A stretch of 56,652 bases of DNA, from positions 1 through 56,652 of the forward strand of contig JACRBE010000047.1 in NCBI GenBank assembly GCA_016213235.1. The letters are read 5' to 3'. The notes under the pieces were generated by a model. It saw only the letters and a list, made by a program, of their open reading frames with translations. It made no database searches and was not told the DNA's origin. A program made the translations under genes and the position numbers. The DNA is from Chlamydiales bacterium. Its GTDB lineage: Bacteria; Chlamydiota; Chlamydiia; Chlamydiales; JACRBE01. Shown here one piece after another: positions 30,290-38,457 of the stretch; within the stretch, counting starts at the first letter, position 1, and the number at the start of each line of letters is the position of its first letter.

Positions 30290-30724
30290 ATGAGTACGAA
30301 GATTTCGGAAGTACTCAGTGTTGTCGCTCAACCTCTAAGCTATTTGACCTTGGGTTTGCAAATGACAACAGAGTTTCAAACTTATTCAGGCGAAACGAGA
30401 CGAGTTGTCTCTCCTGGGGCATGGATGTTCCATAAGGGCCTTACTTTTACAAAACGAAAGAGCTCTTCAAAGATGCTTAAAGACCTTTATGGGATCTGGT
30501 ATATACCCACACAGCTGGCAGACTTTTCAGATCAAACCTTGGCCGAGTTCAATATGTTGACAAAGCAGCATTCGAAATGGTTTGAGACTCTTTGGAAAAA
30601 CCTGCATAATTGGAAGGAGAATGCCTCTCCATCTGAATGGTCTAAACTAGAAGCACAAGATCCAGCCGGAAAACTGAAAAAGCTGGGCTTTGAACGCGTT
30701 ATAAAGAAGCTGTTGGCTTTTTAG
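30290..30724 (+). pseudogene. C-terminal fragment of the nucleotidyltransferase toxin (GSU2403/AbiEii-like)
   Basis: VAQPLSYL, VVSPGAWMFHKGL..KR..K..KDLYGIWY C-terminal toxin signature; lacks the N-terminal GG motif. Confidence 0.65.
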
Positions 30725-30745
30725 CCAACTCTAAGATAGAAATGA

Positions 30746-30786
30746 GTGAAGCCTCCCATAAATCTTTAGTCTAGGGGAGGCTTCAC
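30746..30786 (+). repeat. Hairpin resembling an IS200/IS605 right end (or a terminator)
   Basis: GTGAAGCCTCCC..GGGAGGCTTCAC 12-bp stem with TTTAG in the loop, ending TCAC. Confidence 0.5.
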
Positions 30787-30887
30787 CTCACGCCGCTCCA
30801 TCCAACTTTAATAGGTGATAGTATAGAACCTTAGAGGTTGATTGCAACGGGTTTTTGTCGGTTATTGTAAATAGTGAAATGCGAGAT

Positions 30888-31364
30888 TCACTGCACCGCT
30901 ATTGCACCATCGGATGATTGGTAAATTGCTTTTAAGTCCATAAGTAAAGGAGCATGATGATGACCTGTATGAGCATGGAATAAAAAACCTTCTATAGTTA
31001 CTTTTTGATCTATATGATTTTGACAGAAATCTTCAGTGTCTTCATCCGGGCAGAATTGAACATCATATCGATTTGATTGTTCTAAAATCTCTTTTAAAGG
31101 AAGTGCGTAACCCCAGACAGGAGTTTCTAAAGCTTTTTTAAAGGAAGGCTTGTCCAGTTCTAGAAACCAAACATAGCCTGAATGCGCCTCTTCCCCAGGT
31201 ATATCCCAATATTTAAGTTTTAGAGTGCCATTTAAGGTAAGTAAAATCTCAGGAGCTCCATCAGGTAGTTCTAGAGCTGTGTTCATCCTTTTTTGAGTGA
31301 TCGCGACTTTATAGATTAAAGAGCTAAGACCCAAGACAATAATAATAAGGATGTATTTTTTCAT
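30888..31364 (-). CDS. Exported DUF4431-like protein (candidate immunity protein)
   Basis: N-terminal hydrophobic signal; KVTIEGFLFHAHTGHHHAPLLM. Confidence 0.7.
   Translation of the reverse strand: MKKYILIIIVLGLSSLIYKVAITQKRMNTALELPDGAPEILLTLNGTLKLKYWDIPGEEAHSGYVWFLELDKPSFKKALETPVWGYALPLKEILEQSNRYDVQFCPDEDTEDFCQNHIDQKVTIEGFLFHAHTGHHHAPLLMDLKAIYQSSDGAIAVQ
30892..30909 (+). repeat. Integrase arm-type repeat, copy 1
   Basis: TGCACCGCTATTGCACCA, 17/18 identical to 38052-38069. Confidence 0.6.
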
Positions 31365-31372
31365 AGAGGAGC

Positions 31373-32062
31373 TTAGACTGCTAATTTAAAAGGTTTTTGA
31401 CCATATTCAGGGCGAAGAAAAATACTGCCGCTTTTTGTATGAACAATGGTTGCGTGCAATCGATGCTCGGTGGCTAATTTAATACTTTCTTCTTTCGGTA
31501 CCCAGATAGAGGTTTCATTTTTTTGCACCAGATATTCAGTGATAATACCACGCTTTTTATGAACTCCAGAGATATACCACTTTTCAATAAGGTCCTCACG
31601 ACCTACTTTCCATTTTTCTATATGCTCAATAGCTTTCCAAAAGATCTCAAATTCTTGATTGCTTAAAGAGTTTACAGTGCGTTCAGGATCAAGATTTGTA
31701 ATAGAGACTATGTCGTTGATGTAATTTTTGTTTTGCTCATCATAGCGTTTTATTGCTGCACGTAAAGATAGATGAAAATATTTTGACCCCCTTAACATAA
31801 CGATTAAGGCTTCATGTCCTGTGTCATAATCAGGATAAACAGCATAAAAATCTTTGTTGTCTCCGGCAAAACCTATAGAACGCCGATCTTTGCCTGTGCT
31901 ATAATCAGATTTTCTGAGGTTGCCCGGATTATTGCATCTCCAAGCTCTTGTGCCTCCACTGCGAATGGTCATATTTCCCTGTTCGTCGAAATATTGAACG
32001 GTAAACTGACTTTCTGGATCTCCAATATTTGGAGGCCCTGATTGAGCTTTTATAAAAACCAT
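31373..32062 (-). CDS. Lysozyme-like NNPGN-motif protein with a C-terminal DUF3892-like domain
   Basis: GGTRAWRCNNPGNLR, AVYPDYDTG, AIEHIE. Confidence 0.65.
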   Translation of the reverse strand: MVFIKAQSGPPNIGDPESQFTVQYFDEQGNMTIRSGGTRAWRCNNPGNLRKSDYSTGKDRRSIGFAGDNKDFYAVYPDYDTGHEALIVMLRGSKYFHLSLRAAIKRYDEQNKNYINDIVSITNLDPERTVNSLSNQEFEIFWKAIEHIEKWKVGREDLIEKWYISGVHKKRGIITEYLVQKNETSIWVPKEESIKLATEHRLHATIVHTKSGSIFLRPEYGQKPFKLAV

Positions 32063-32335
32063 AAAGATCTCGTTTGTTTAATCGATTATTTCAGCTTGTT
32101 TTGCAAGTTCTTGCCATCTGGTTTCAAACTCTTTTTCAGTGATTATGGTAGATGCAATTGATCCTTTAGCCTGATTGATCATCTTCATGAGTTCTTTAAC
32201 AAGGGCTCGTAACAGTTAACTAAATTCCAATTGTTTTCAGGAGCTTTTGATTTAAAATACCCTTGAAATAGAAAAAAAGCAAACACATTTTCGATGTTTT
32301 AAAAACGCACAAAAACTTCTAACACTGTGATCTTT

Positions 32336-32815
32336 TTACACATTGTTTTTCCTGCCTAAATTCTCATTGTGTAAGGTGAATAAATTTTCAAAAGGCATCT
32401 GTGCTATGAGCTCTTTTTCTGTTCTTGGAAAGGATTGGAAAAAGAATGCGCTTGCTACGAATATAAATTTTTTCCGCGCTCGAGTAAGCGCTACATTAAA
32501 TCGCCGATACTCTTTCAAAAAAGGACTGTGGATCGTATCTTTATCTGAAACCGTAGCAGAGAAAATAACAATATCAAATTCCGATCCTTGCATCCGTTCA
32601 ACCGTATCAACTTTAGGTAATTTTAATGAAAAGGGTAAAGCCTCTTTCAAAACAGAGATAATCGTATTATTTTGCAAGCGGTGAGGGGAAATAATGCCGA
32701 TTTGTGTGAGAGAAATGGAGTAATCATCAATAAGACGTTTCACAGCTTTTGCTATCCACTTTGCTTCCTCTTGGGAAGACTGCTGAGTGATCTTGCTATA
32801 ATTTCTTGTACTCAT
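32336..32815 (-). pseudogene. C-terminal fragment of a UPF1/DNA2-like SF1 helicase (AAA_12) given a new start
   Basis: IGIISPHRLQ, VDTVERMQGSE.D, RRFNVALTRAR; no Walker A/B. Confidence 0.8.
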
Positions 32816-32888
32816 AGATAATCCTCCTAAAATTGTTTTTTAATTTTTCGGATTCTATGTGTCTAGTAAATTATAGCAAGATCACTCA
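32784..32888. repeat. 105-bp element bounded by perfect 21-bp inverted repeats
   Basis: TGAGTGATCTTGCTATAATTT (32784-32804) and AAATTATAGCAAGATCACTCA (32868-32888). Confidence 0.9.
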
Positions 32889-33033
32889 TTTTCAGCTCCA
32901 TGGCCATGTACATGAAAAACGACCGAATAAACTTGTTAATCGCCAACTCAATCTTTCCGTTGAAGTCTGGGATTACAAGCCTGTTTCTGAGAAAGAGATT
33001 GTCTCTCTTCTTGATCGCGCAGAGTCTCTTTAA
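32889..33033 (+). pseudogene. C-terminal fragment of a calcineurin-like metallophosphoesterase
   Basis: QLHGHVHE...LNLSVEVWDYKPVS. Confidence 0.7.
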
Positions 33034-33057
33034 CAGCGACAACTACGCTGACATAGG
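32984..33057 (+). repeat. 74-bp direct repeat, copy A
   Basis: 67/74 identical to 34385-34458; ends in GCGACAACTACGCTGACATAGG, also present at 38203. Confidence 0.9.
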
Positions 33058-33447
33058 GGGGGTGGGGCATTTCAAACGCAAGAGAGGAGCGTTCCAGGAA
33101 ATAGAGTCTATGGCAGTAGCCTGTAATCACCTTCCCTTTCACCGTCGCTTTGTTTGGAAGGCCGTTGGTTTTTTATTAAACAAAATTGGTACACCCATTT
33201 TAAAGAAGTACAAGTTGTAGCCCTTGCTCAAATCTCTAGTTGGTATAAAATCCATGTTTCCTCCTCACTTCTCTCCATTCCTCGGCTGTTAGAGCGCTAT
33301 TCCCCTTTTTGTAGTGAGCGTCAATTTTATCCATATTTTGTATAATTCTAACATCCGAGGAGCTTATATGGAAAAAACAAATCAAATGTCTGCACCTGCA
33401 ATTACATGAGTGTGCCGTAAGTTCTTTTTGAAAAAAGAGTGCAATAA

Positions 33448-33465
33448 TATCCCGTTTTTGGGATA
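33448..33465. promoter_or_regulatory. Palindrome, candidate TA autoregulatory operator
   Basis: TATCCC-N6-GGGATA upstream of the toxin gene. Confidence 0.45.
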
Positions 33466-33492
33466 ATTGTGCTTTTGGCAAAGACAGTTAAA

Positions 33493-33855
33493 ATGAAAAA
33501 GACTTTAAGGCCTCTTTATTGGATAGGTAACTCGCTAAAAAATCTTAAGGATATGCCGGAAGATGCTCAAGATGCCTTTGGTCATGCTCTTTATCTTGCT
33601 CAGGTAGGAGAAAAGCATCGTTTAGCAAAACCTTTAAAGGGATTTTTAGGAGCTGGGGTGTTGGAGATAGTAGAAGATTTTGATGGAAATACTTATCGAT
33701 CCGTGTATACAGTGAGATTTGAGGAAGCTGTGTATGTTTTGCATGTATTTCAAAAGAAATCAAAAAGTGGAATTGCCACACCAAAACAAGAGATAGATCT
33801 TATTCATAATAGGTTAAAACAAGTTGAAGAGATGCATAGGAAAGGAAAAAAATAA
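33493..33855 (+). CDS. HigB/RelE-like toxin (Gp49/DUF891 type)
   Basis: AKPLKGF.GAGVLEIVED..TYRSVY..VYVLHVFQKKS. Confidence 0.9.
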   Translation: MKKTLRPLYWIGNSLKNLKDMPEDAQDAFGHALYLAQVGEKHRLAKPLKGFLGAGVLEIVEDFDGNTYRSVYTVRFEEAVYVLHVFQKKSKSGIATPKQEIDLIHNRLKQVEEMHRKGKK

Positions 33856-34178
33856 TGGAAGATGTTCTTAAGAGCAGTGGAAATGTTTTTGCCGATCTTG
33901 ATCTTCCTGATGCTGAAGAGAGACTCGCAAAACATGAGTTAGCTCATCGCATTGAAAAAGTTATTAGAAGAAAACGGTTTACACAAGCAAAAGCTGCCAA
34001 GGTCCTAGGAATCAGTCAACCTAAGGTTTCAGCGCTTCTTAATGGGAAAATTGCTGGTTTTAGTATTGAAAGATTATTGAAATTTCTAATGGCCCTAGAT
34101 CAAGATGTCGAAATACGAATTAAACCCAAACCTAGTAGAGTAAAAAGAAGAGCAAGAACTCACATTTTATCTGCTTAA
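33855..34178 (+). CDS. XRE-family HTH antitoxin (HigA-like)
   Basis: SSGNVFADL, TQAKAAKVLGISQPKVSALL; follows the toxin with a 1-nt overlap. Confidence 0.9.
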   Translation: MEDVLKSSGNVFADLDLPDAEERLAKHELAHRIEKVIRRKRFTQAKAAKVLGISQPKVSALLNGKIAGFSIERLLKFLMALDQDVEIRIKPKPSRVKRRARTHILSA

Positions 34179-34247
34179 ATAATAGGTTTCTTAAAGAGGT
34201 AAAACCACTTGGCTACTGTTGTAGCCGCTAAACATTAATGTATTACT

Positions 34248-34391
34248 CAACTTTCTCAAGAAGAAAAGGCTCCCTTAGTATTGTCCAGAGCCTCCTTAAG
34301 AAATTTTGCACTTGATGGAAAGCTTGTTAATTATCCTTTGTACGCAATTAGTCTTTTTCCTCGCTTTCGCCTAAAGATTACAGATTTCTGA
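34248..34391 (+). pseudogene. C-terminal remnant resembling an AAA+/DUF4143 protein
   Basis: ..LSRASLRNFALDGKLVNYPLYAISLFP, with no start codon. Confidence 0.45.
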
Positions 34392-34458
34392 GAAAGAGAT
34401 TGACTCTCTTCTTGATCGCTCAGAGTCTCTCTAAAAACGACCACTACGATGACATAGG
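34385..34458 (+). repeat. 74-bp direct repeat, copy B
   Basis: Matches 32984-33057. Confidence 0.9.
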
Positions 34459-34470
34459 TGGTTAGAAAGC

Positions 34471-36549
34471 CTACCACAAAACTCGTTTATTGCGAAAACA
34501 CCTATCACAAATCTTGTGCATATGGTGAATCGGCAGTTTTATTGAACAGGACTGGCACTTCCTATGGAAGCCTTTCTTTTTAAGAGAGCTTTCAATAAAG
34601 GTATTGACCTGCTCGCGCAGCTCCTCACACATTGTTAGACAGGGAAAATGCTCCGATTTCTTTCTTGCAAGCCAATGATAGAGCGTCAGCATTTTTACGC
34701 AATTTTCCGCTTCATTTAAAACACTATCATCGTTCGTGCTGGAATGCCTGGAAAATTGACTGAAAGAGCCTTTTTGAAAGGTGACTGAATTTCCTTTGGA
34801 ATAGGAAGTGAGCCATGACATATAAGTTTTAAGTAGTGTTTCCGTTGAGGAGAGAGGGGCGCAGATAAACATATATTTATCAGAAAAGGAAAGAGATCCC
34901 AGCTGTGGTCTTATTTCAATATGTTCTGCTAATTCCAACATTTCCGTTAAATCGGAGCAAATGAGAATGGAACCAGGCGTACTCAGCTGAACGAATAAGG
35001 TAAGAGCCTTTTTTATACTATCATGCCCAATTTGCTCTCGAAGGACTGAAAGTTGCGCTTCAGTGGGCCTGACAACGCAAGACTTCAAAAAAGGAGATTG
35101 TTGCAACTGGATATGCTGATTAACAAGAGTAAGACCCTGCTTGTTGATGGCGCCGACATAACCACACTCAAATTTCCCAAACCTTCCCGCACGACCTGCG
35201 ATCTGTTTTACCTCTTGTGGAGTCAGATCTCTAGAATCTCTCCCATCAAATTTGGTGGTTTGCGAAAACAGCACAGTCTTGATCGGAAGGTTCAGACCCA
35301 TTCCAATGCAATCAGTAGCTACAAGGACATCTGTTTCTCCAGATCTAAATCTCCTGGCTTCCTCCCTGCGGACTCCAGGGCTGAGATTACCGTAAAGCAC
35401 AGAGACCCTCCTTCCTGAGTCTTCCAGCTCTTTCTTATAAGCAAGAACGCTCCACCTTGAAAATGCGATAACCGCTGTCCCGGGCTCGATATGAGCGAGA
35501 TTATGAGTCGGTCTTTTATGAATTTCAAGCTTTCCGATCCGACATAAGGGAACGATTTTCAGATCCTCACCTAGATAATCTTCAATGAGTCGCTTCAAAG
35601 TGGGGATGCACTCCTCACTTCCCGTCATGATCAGCTTCTTCGCCGGAATCCCAATAATTGCCTGCGACCATGCCCATCCACGATTCTTATCTAAAATGAT
35701 TTGAACCTCGTCAATGAGGACGCAGTCAATCCATGTATCCAGATTGGCCATTTCGATTGTAGAAGCCACAAATCTAGTGCCTGGCTTGATCTCCAGTTCC
35801 TCTCCAGTCACAAGCGAACATTCCTTTCCTCTCTTTTCAATTTCCTCTTGTCCTTCCAGTGCCAGCAGGCGTAAAGGAGAAAGATAAGCTCCCGATTCGC
35901 CGAGAACTAACTCGTTAAATCCACAATAGCTCTTTCCACTATTGGTAGGACCGACAAAAAGAATATGTTGTCGTTTCTGTTGACGTGCAACATAGAAAAA
36001 GTCCTTATACTCATTCAGATTCCAATCTTTTCTCATCGTGCTTACAAGGTGCTTTAGTCTCTCTTTATCCGCGCGGCTGGAATGCATTGCCGGCTCAGCA
36101 TAAGAAGTTTTCGACGATATCACAGGTAATGGCTGAACCAGTTCCTTCTTTTTTTCTCTTTTTTCTATCACTTTCTCCGCATGATCCTTATATTCGGAGC
36201 TTTCAAGAACACCCTGAAGTCTGGTTTTTGAATAGAGATGGGCGAACTTGTCTCCAGGGCCTTTCAACTTTACGATCTGATCCGGCTGTCCCAGAAGTTC
36301 ATTTATTTTTTTGTCAGTGAAATACAACGTTTCCTTGAGCTCTTTCTTGGTCAAAAAAGCACTTTCCCCAGTTAATTTCAGCCCATAATCAGACAGAGCT
36401 GCTGCAAATGTTTTGCCTTTCAAAATATAAGAAACGAAATCCAGCTTTTGATATTCTGACATCAAGATTGCTTCATTAGTTCCCTTCTCAAGCTTCTTCT
36501 TGAAAACGAGCCTATTTTGACTGTCCATTACGAGAAAATACAGATTCAT
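34471..36549 (-). CDS. SUV3-like SF2 helicase with C-terminal zinc ribbon
   Basis: VGPTNSGKS, PLRLLALE, DEVQ..RGWAWSQA, VATDCIGMGLNLPI, QIAGRAGRFG, CQSC..CDRC. Confidence 0.9.
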   Translation of the reverse strand: MNLYFLVMDSQNRLVFKKKLEKGTNEAILMSEYQKLDFVSYILKGKTFAAALSDYGLKLTGESAFLTKKELKETLYFTDKKINELLGQPDQIVKLKGPGDKFAHLYSKTRLQGVLESSEYKDHAEKVIEKREKKKELVQPLPVISSKTSYAEPAMHSSRADKERLKHLVSTMRKDWNLNEYKDFFYVARQQKRQHILFVGPTNSGKSYCGFNELVLGESGAYLSPLRLLALEGQEEIEKRGKECSLVTGEELEIKPGTRFVASTIEMANLDTWIDCVLIDEVQIILDKNRGWAWSQAIIGIPAKKLIMTGSEECIPTLKRLIEDYLGEDLKIVPLCRIGKLEIHKRPTHNLAHIEPGTAVIAFSRWSVLAYKKELEDSGRRVSVLYGNLSPGVRREEARRFRSGETDVLVATDCIGMGLNLPIKTVLFSQTTKFDGRDSRDLTPQEVKQIAGRAGRFGKFECGYVGAINKQGLTLVNQHIQLQQSPFLKSCVVRPTEAQLSVLREQIGHDSIKKALTLFVQLSTPGSILICSDLTEMLELAEHIEIRPQLGSLSFSDKYMFICAPLSSTETLLKTYMSWLTSYSKGNSVTFQKGSFSQFSRHSSTNDDSVLNEAENCVKMLTLYHWLARKKSEHFPCLTMCEELREQVNTFIESSLKKKGFHRKCQSCSIKLPIHHMHKICDRCFRNKRVLW

Positions 36550-36744
36550 AGTGATAGACTCTCTCTTTTCGCGATAAAAGAAGGGGGGGAAGTGTATCGA
36601 TATTCTCAGAGATGGAAAATGTCGTATTTACAATCTTTGTCTTTGAAATCTTATTTAATGCCTGCCAAGTTATCACGTCTATTTCCAAAGCGCTCCAAAT
36701 TCTGGCGTAAGTAACTTTGCCCATTTCCGGACAATCATTTTCAT

Positions 36745-37833
36745 TCATTCGTTTTGTTTTTCCTCAGCTTTGTTTCCTAGTCTTTGGTGTGCATATTCAA
36801 TAGCTTTATGTAGTTTTTCTCGGAGTACCTCTTTTGATGGAAGCTCTGTGAGGTATTCAGCGATATGGATGCCATATCGACCTAATTCGAGGAGCTCGAT
36901 CCGTTCCTCTTTTTTTCCCGCACAGAGAATAAGGCCCATTGGAGGTTCTTCACTCGGACGTCTCTCGTGTTTGTCTAGCCATCGCAGATATAATTCCATT
37001 TGTCCCTTATGTTCTGGCTTGAAGTCTCCAAGTTTTAGCTCAATAGCTACCAGCCTTTTTAAATCTCTATGAAAGAAAAGTAAGTCAATGCGGAAGTCTT
37101 CACCATCTATGATAATGCGTTTTTGCCGGGCCAAAAAACAAAACCCAATCCCTATTTCTAGTAGGAATTGTTCCAATTCTCGCATAATGGCATCTTCAAG
37201 GTCTTTTTCAAGATAGCGATCATTAAGATTCAAAAATTCAAGGAAATAAGGATCACGGAATACAAGGTCTGGTGTAAGGAGGTCTTCTTTACGCAGCATT
37301 TCGACCTCGGCTTTGGCTACTAACTCAGGCTTCTTTGAGAGGGCTGTTCGTTCATAGAGCATGGAGTCAATCTTATTTCGCAATGTTCTTACATTCCAGT
37401 TCTCGATCCGGCACATTTCAGCGTAAAAATCACGTTTAATTGGATCCTTAAGTGGAAGTAGTGCAGTGAAATGAGACCAGCTCAATTGTCGCAGCAGTGA
37501 TGCGACAATTTGCTCATCGGGAAAGGCTTCTGCAAACTGAATCATCCGTCTTAAGTTTTTTTCTGTAAACCCATTACCATACTCTAGCACCAATTGTCGT
37601 GACAGTGTCACGACAATTGATCTCCCATATTCAGCTCTTTCTCGTTGCAGGATTTCTTGGAGAGTGCGATTACCCACATGCCAGTAAAGTGAGGTAAGGC
37701 GTGCATTGACAGTGGATGCTATGGATCTACGAGTTTGATCGATTATACTGCGCAAGTCTTTAAGAAGTTTATCCGGTATAACGGGTACAGTTGAAGCAGC
37801 CTGAGAAGGTGTTAACATTGTTTTTTGAGTCAT
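36745..37833 (-). CDS. YhcG-family (DUF1016) nuclease, second paralog
   Basis: LYWHVG, LSWSHF, RDPYFLEFL, IDLLFF, AIELK, GQMELYL. Confidence 0.92.
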   Translation of the reverse strand: MTQKTMLTPSQAASTVPVIPDKLLKDLRSIIDQTRRSIASTVNARLTSLYWHVGNRTLQEILQRERAEYGRSIVVTLSRQLVLEYGNGFTEKNLRRMIQFAEAFPDEQIVASLLRQLSWSHFTALLPLKDPIKRDFYAEMCRIENWNVRTLRNKIDSMLYERTALSKKPELVAKAEVEMLRKEDLLTPDLVFRDPYFLEFLNLNDRYLEKDLEDAIMRELEQFLLEIGIGFCFLARQKRIIIDGEDFRIDLLFFHRDLKRLVAIELKLGDFKPEHKGQMELYLRWLDKHERRPSEEPPMGLILCAGKKEERIELLELGRYGIHIAEYLTELPSKEVLREKLHKAIEYAHQRLGNKAEEKQNE

Positions 37834-37986
37834 AAAGAATTTCCTTGAAGAATTCGTTCTGAAATATGGTTGCTAAATTTTTGTGTGACTTGGACATCAA
37901 GGTGAGTATGGCGTTGTAACATACTAAGTATCCGAGCGCCAAACTGTTGTGCTGTTGTCTTTTTTGCGTTTGTAAATAGATACCAT
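37830..37986 (-). pseudogene. Internally deleted tyrosine integrase
   Basis: MVSIYKRKKDNSTTVWR (integrase-like N-terminus) joined out of frame to RILSMLQRHTHLDVQ...GNSL*, the box-II M..RYTHL region with Y->H; stop overlaps the yhcG ATG. Confidence 0.65.
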
Positions 37987-38051
37987 AATTCTGACCTTGT
38001 TGTGTGTTTAGATTTGGTTGAATGATGCTGCTGGCTAAAATTGCTTTTTGT

Positions 38052-38069
38052 TGCACCGCCATTGCACCA
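38052..38069 (+). repeat. Integrase arm-type repeat, copy 2
   Basis: TGCACCGCCATTGCACCA between the att-like copy and the integrase start. Confidence 0.6.
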
Positions 38070-38154
38070 TTAGTAAACAATTTAAACTTGAATGTGATAT
38101 TTGTTCAAGTCTGTGCATATCTCTAGTGAAATAAACCGGTTAAAAGAGTGGTAG

Positions 38155-38180
38155 GTAGGAATTGAATCTACGACCAGTGG
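38155..38180 (-). repeat. att-like duplicate of the tRNA 3' half
   Basis: GTAGGAATTGAATCTACGACCAGTGG, 24/26 identical to 38345-38370. Confidence 0.85.
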
Positions 38181-38336
38181 CGGTATAAAAAAAACAATTT
38201 ATGCGACAACTACGCTGACATAGGGGGTTGGTGAGTGCTCCATAAGTGGCCCACGGATGTGAACCGGGCTCTTTGCTGATTTGAGTGCTGTATCGCAATC
38301 AGCTCAGTTTCATCCTTATGAAGCCAAAAAGAAATG

Positions 38337-38409
38337 TGGGGCAAGTAGGAATTGAACCTACGACCAGCGGATTATGAGTCCGCTGCTCTAACCACTGAGC
38401 TACTGCCCC
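38337..38409 (-). tRNA. tRNA with CAT anticodon, most likely tRNA-Ile2 (lysidine)
   Basis: GGGGCAGTAGCTCAGTGGTTAGAGCAGCGGACTCATAATCCGCTGGTCGTAGGTTCAATTCCTACTTGCCCCA cloverleaf; GACTCATAATC arm typical of Ile2. Confidence 0.9.
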
Positions 38410-38428
38410 TCCGTGGAAATAAGGAAGC

Positions 38429-38457
38429 ATTATACTAATCCGGCAATCAAAGTTCAA
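38429..38457 (-). promoter_or_regulatory. Promoter of the tRNA(CAT)
   Basis: TTGAAC-N17-TATAAT. Confidence 0.65.

Larger units (their letters stand above)
25816..38336. mobile_element. Decayed composite genomic island at the tRNA(CAT) 3' end
   Basis: att-like tRNA copies, integrase remnant, arm-like repeats, TA genes, many gene fragments; left boundary uncertain. Confidence 0.65.

Noticed and set aside
33061..33345. Short ORFs between repeat A and the toxin gene
   Set aside because: Mutually overlapping, no motifs; probably decayed sequence that cannot be assigned
37769..38080. 103-aa minus-strand ORF as a real gene
   Set aside because: It overlaps the integrase remnant in other frames and the arm repeat; no recognisable protein features
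33036..38227. The three 25-bp repeats as a CRISPR array
   Set aside because: Spacing is 1.4 and 3.8 kb, not 30-40 nt, and no cas genes are present
38190..38227. Motif copy C as a XerCD dif site (reverse strand contains TTGTCGCATAA)
   Set aside because: No XerD arm (TTATGTTAAAT-like) at the 6-bp spacing
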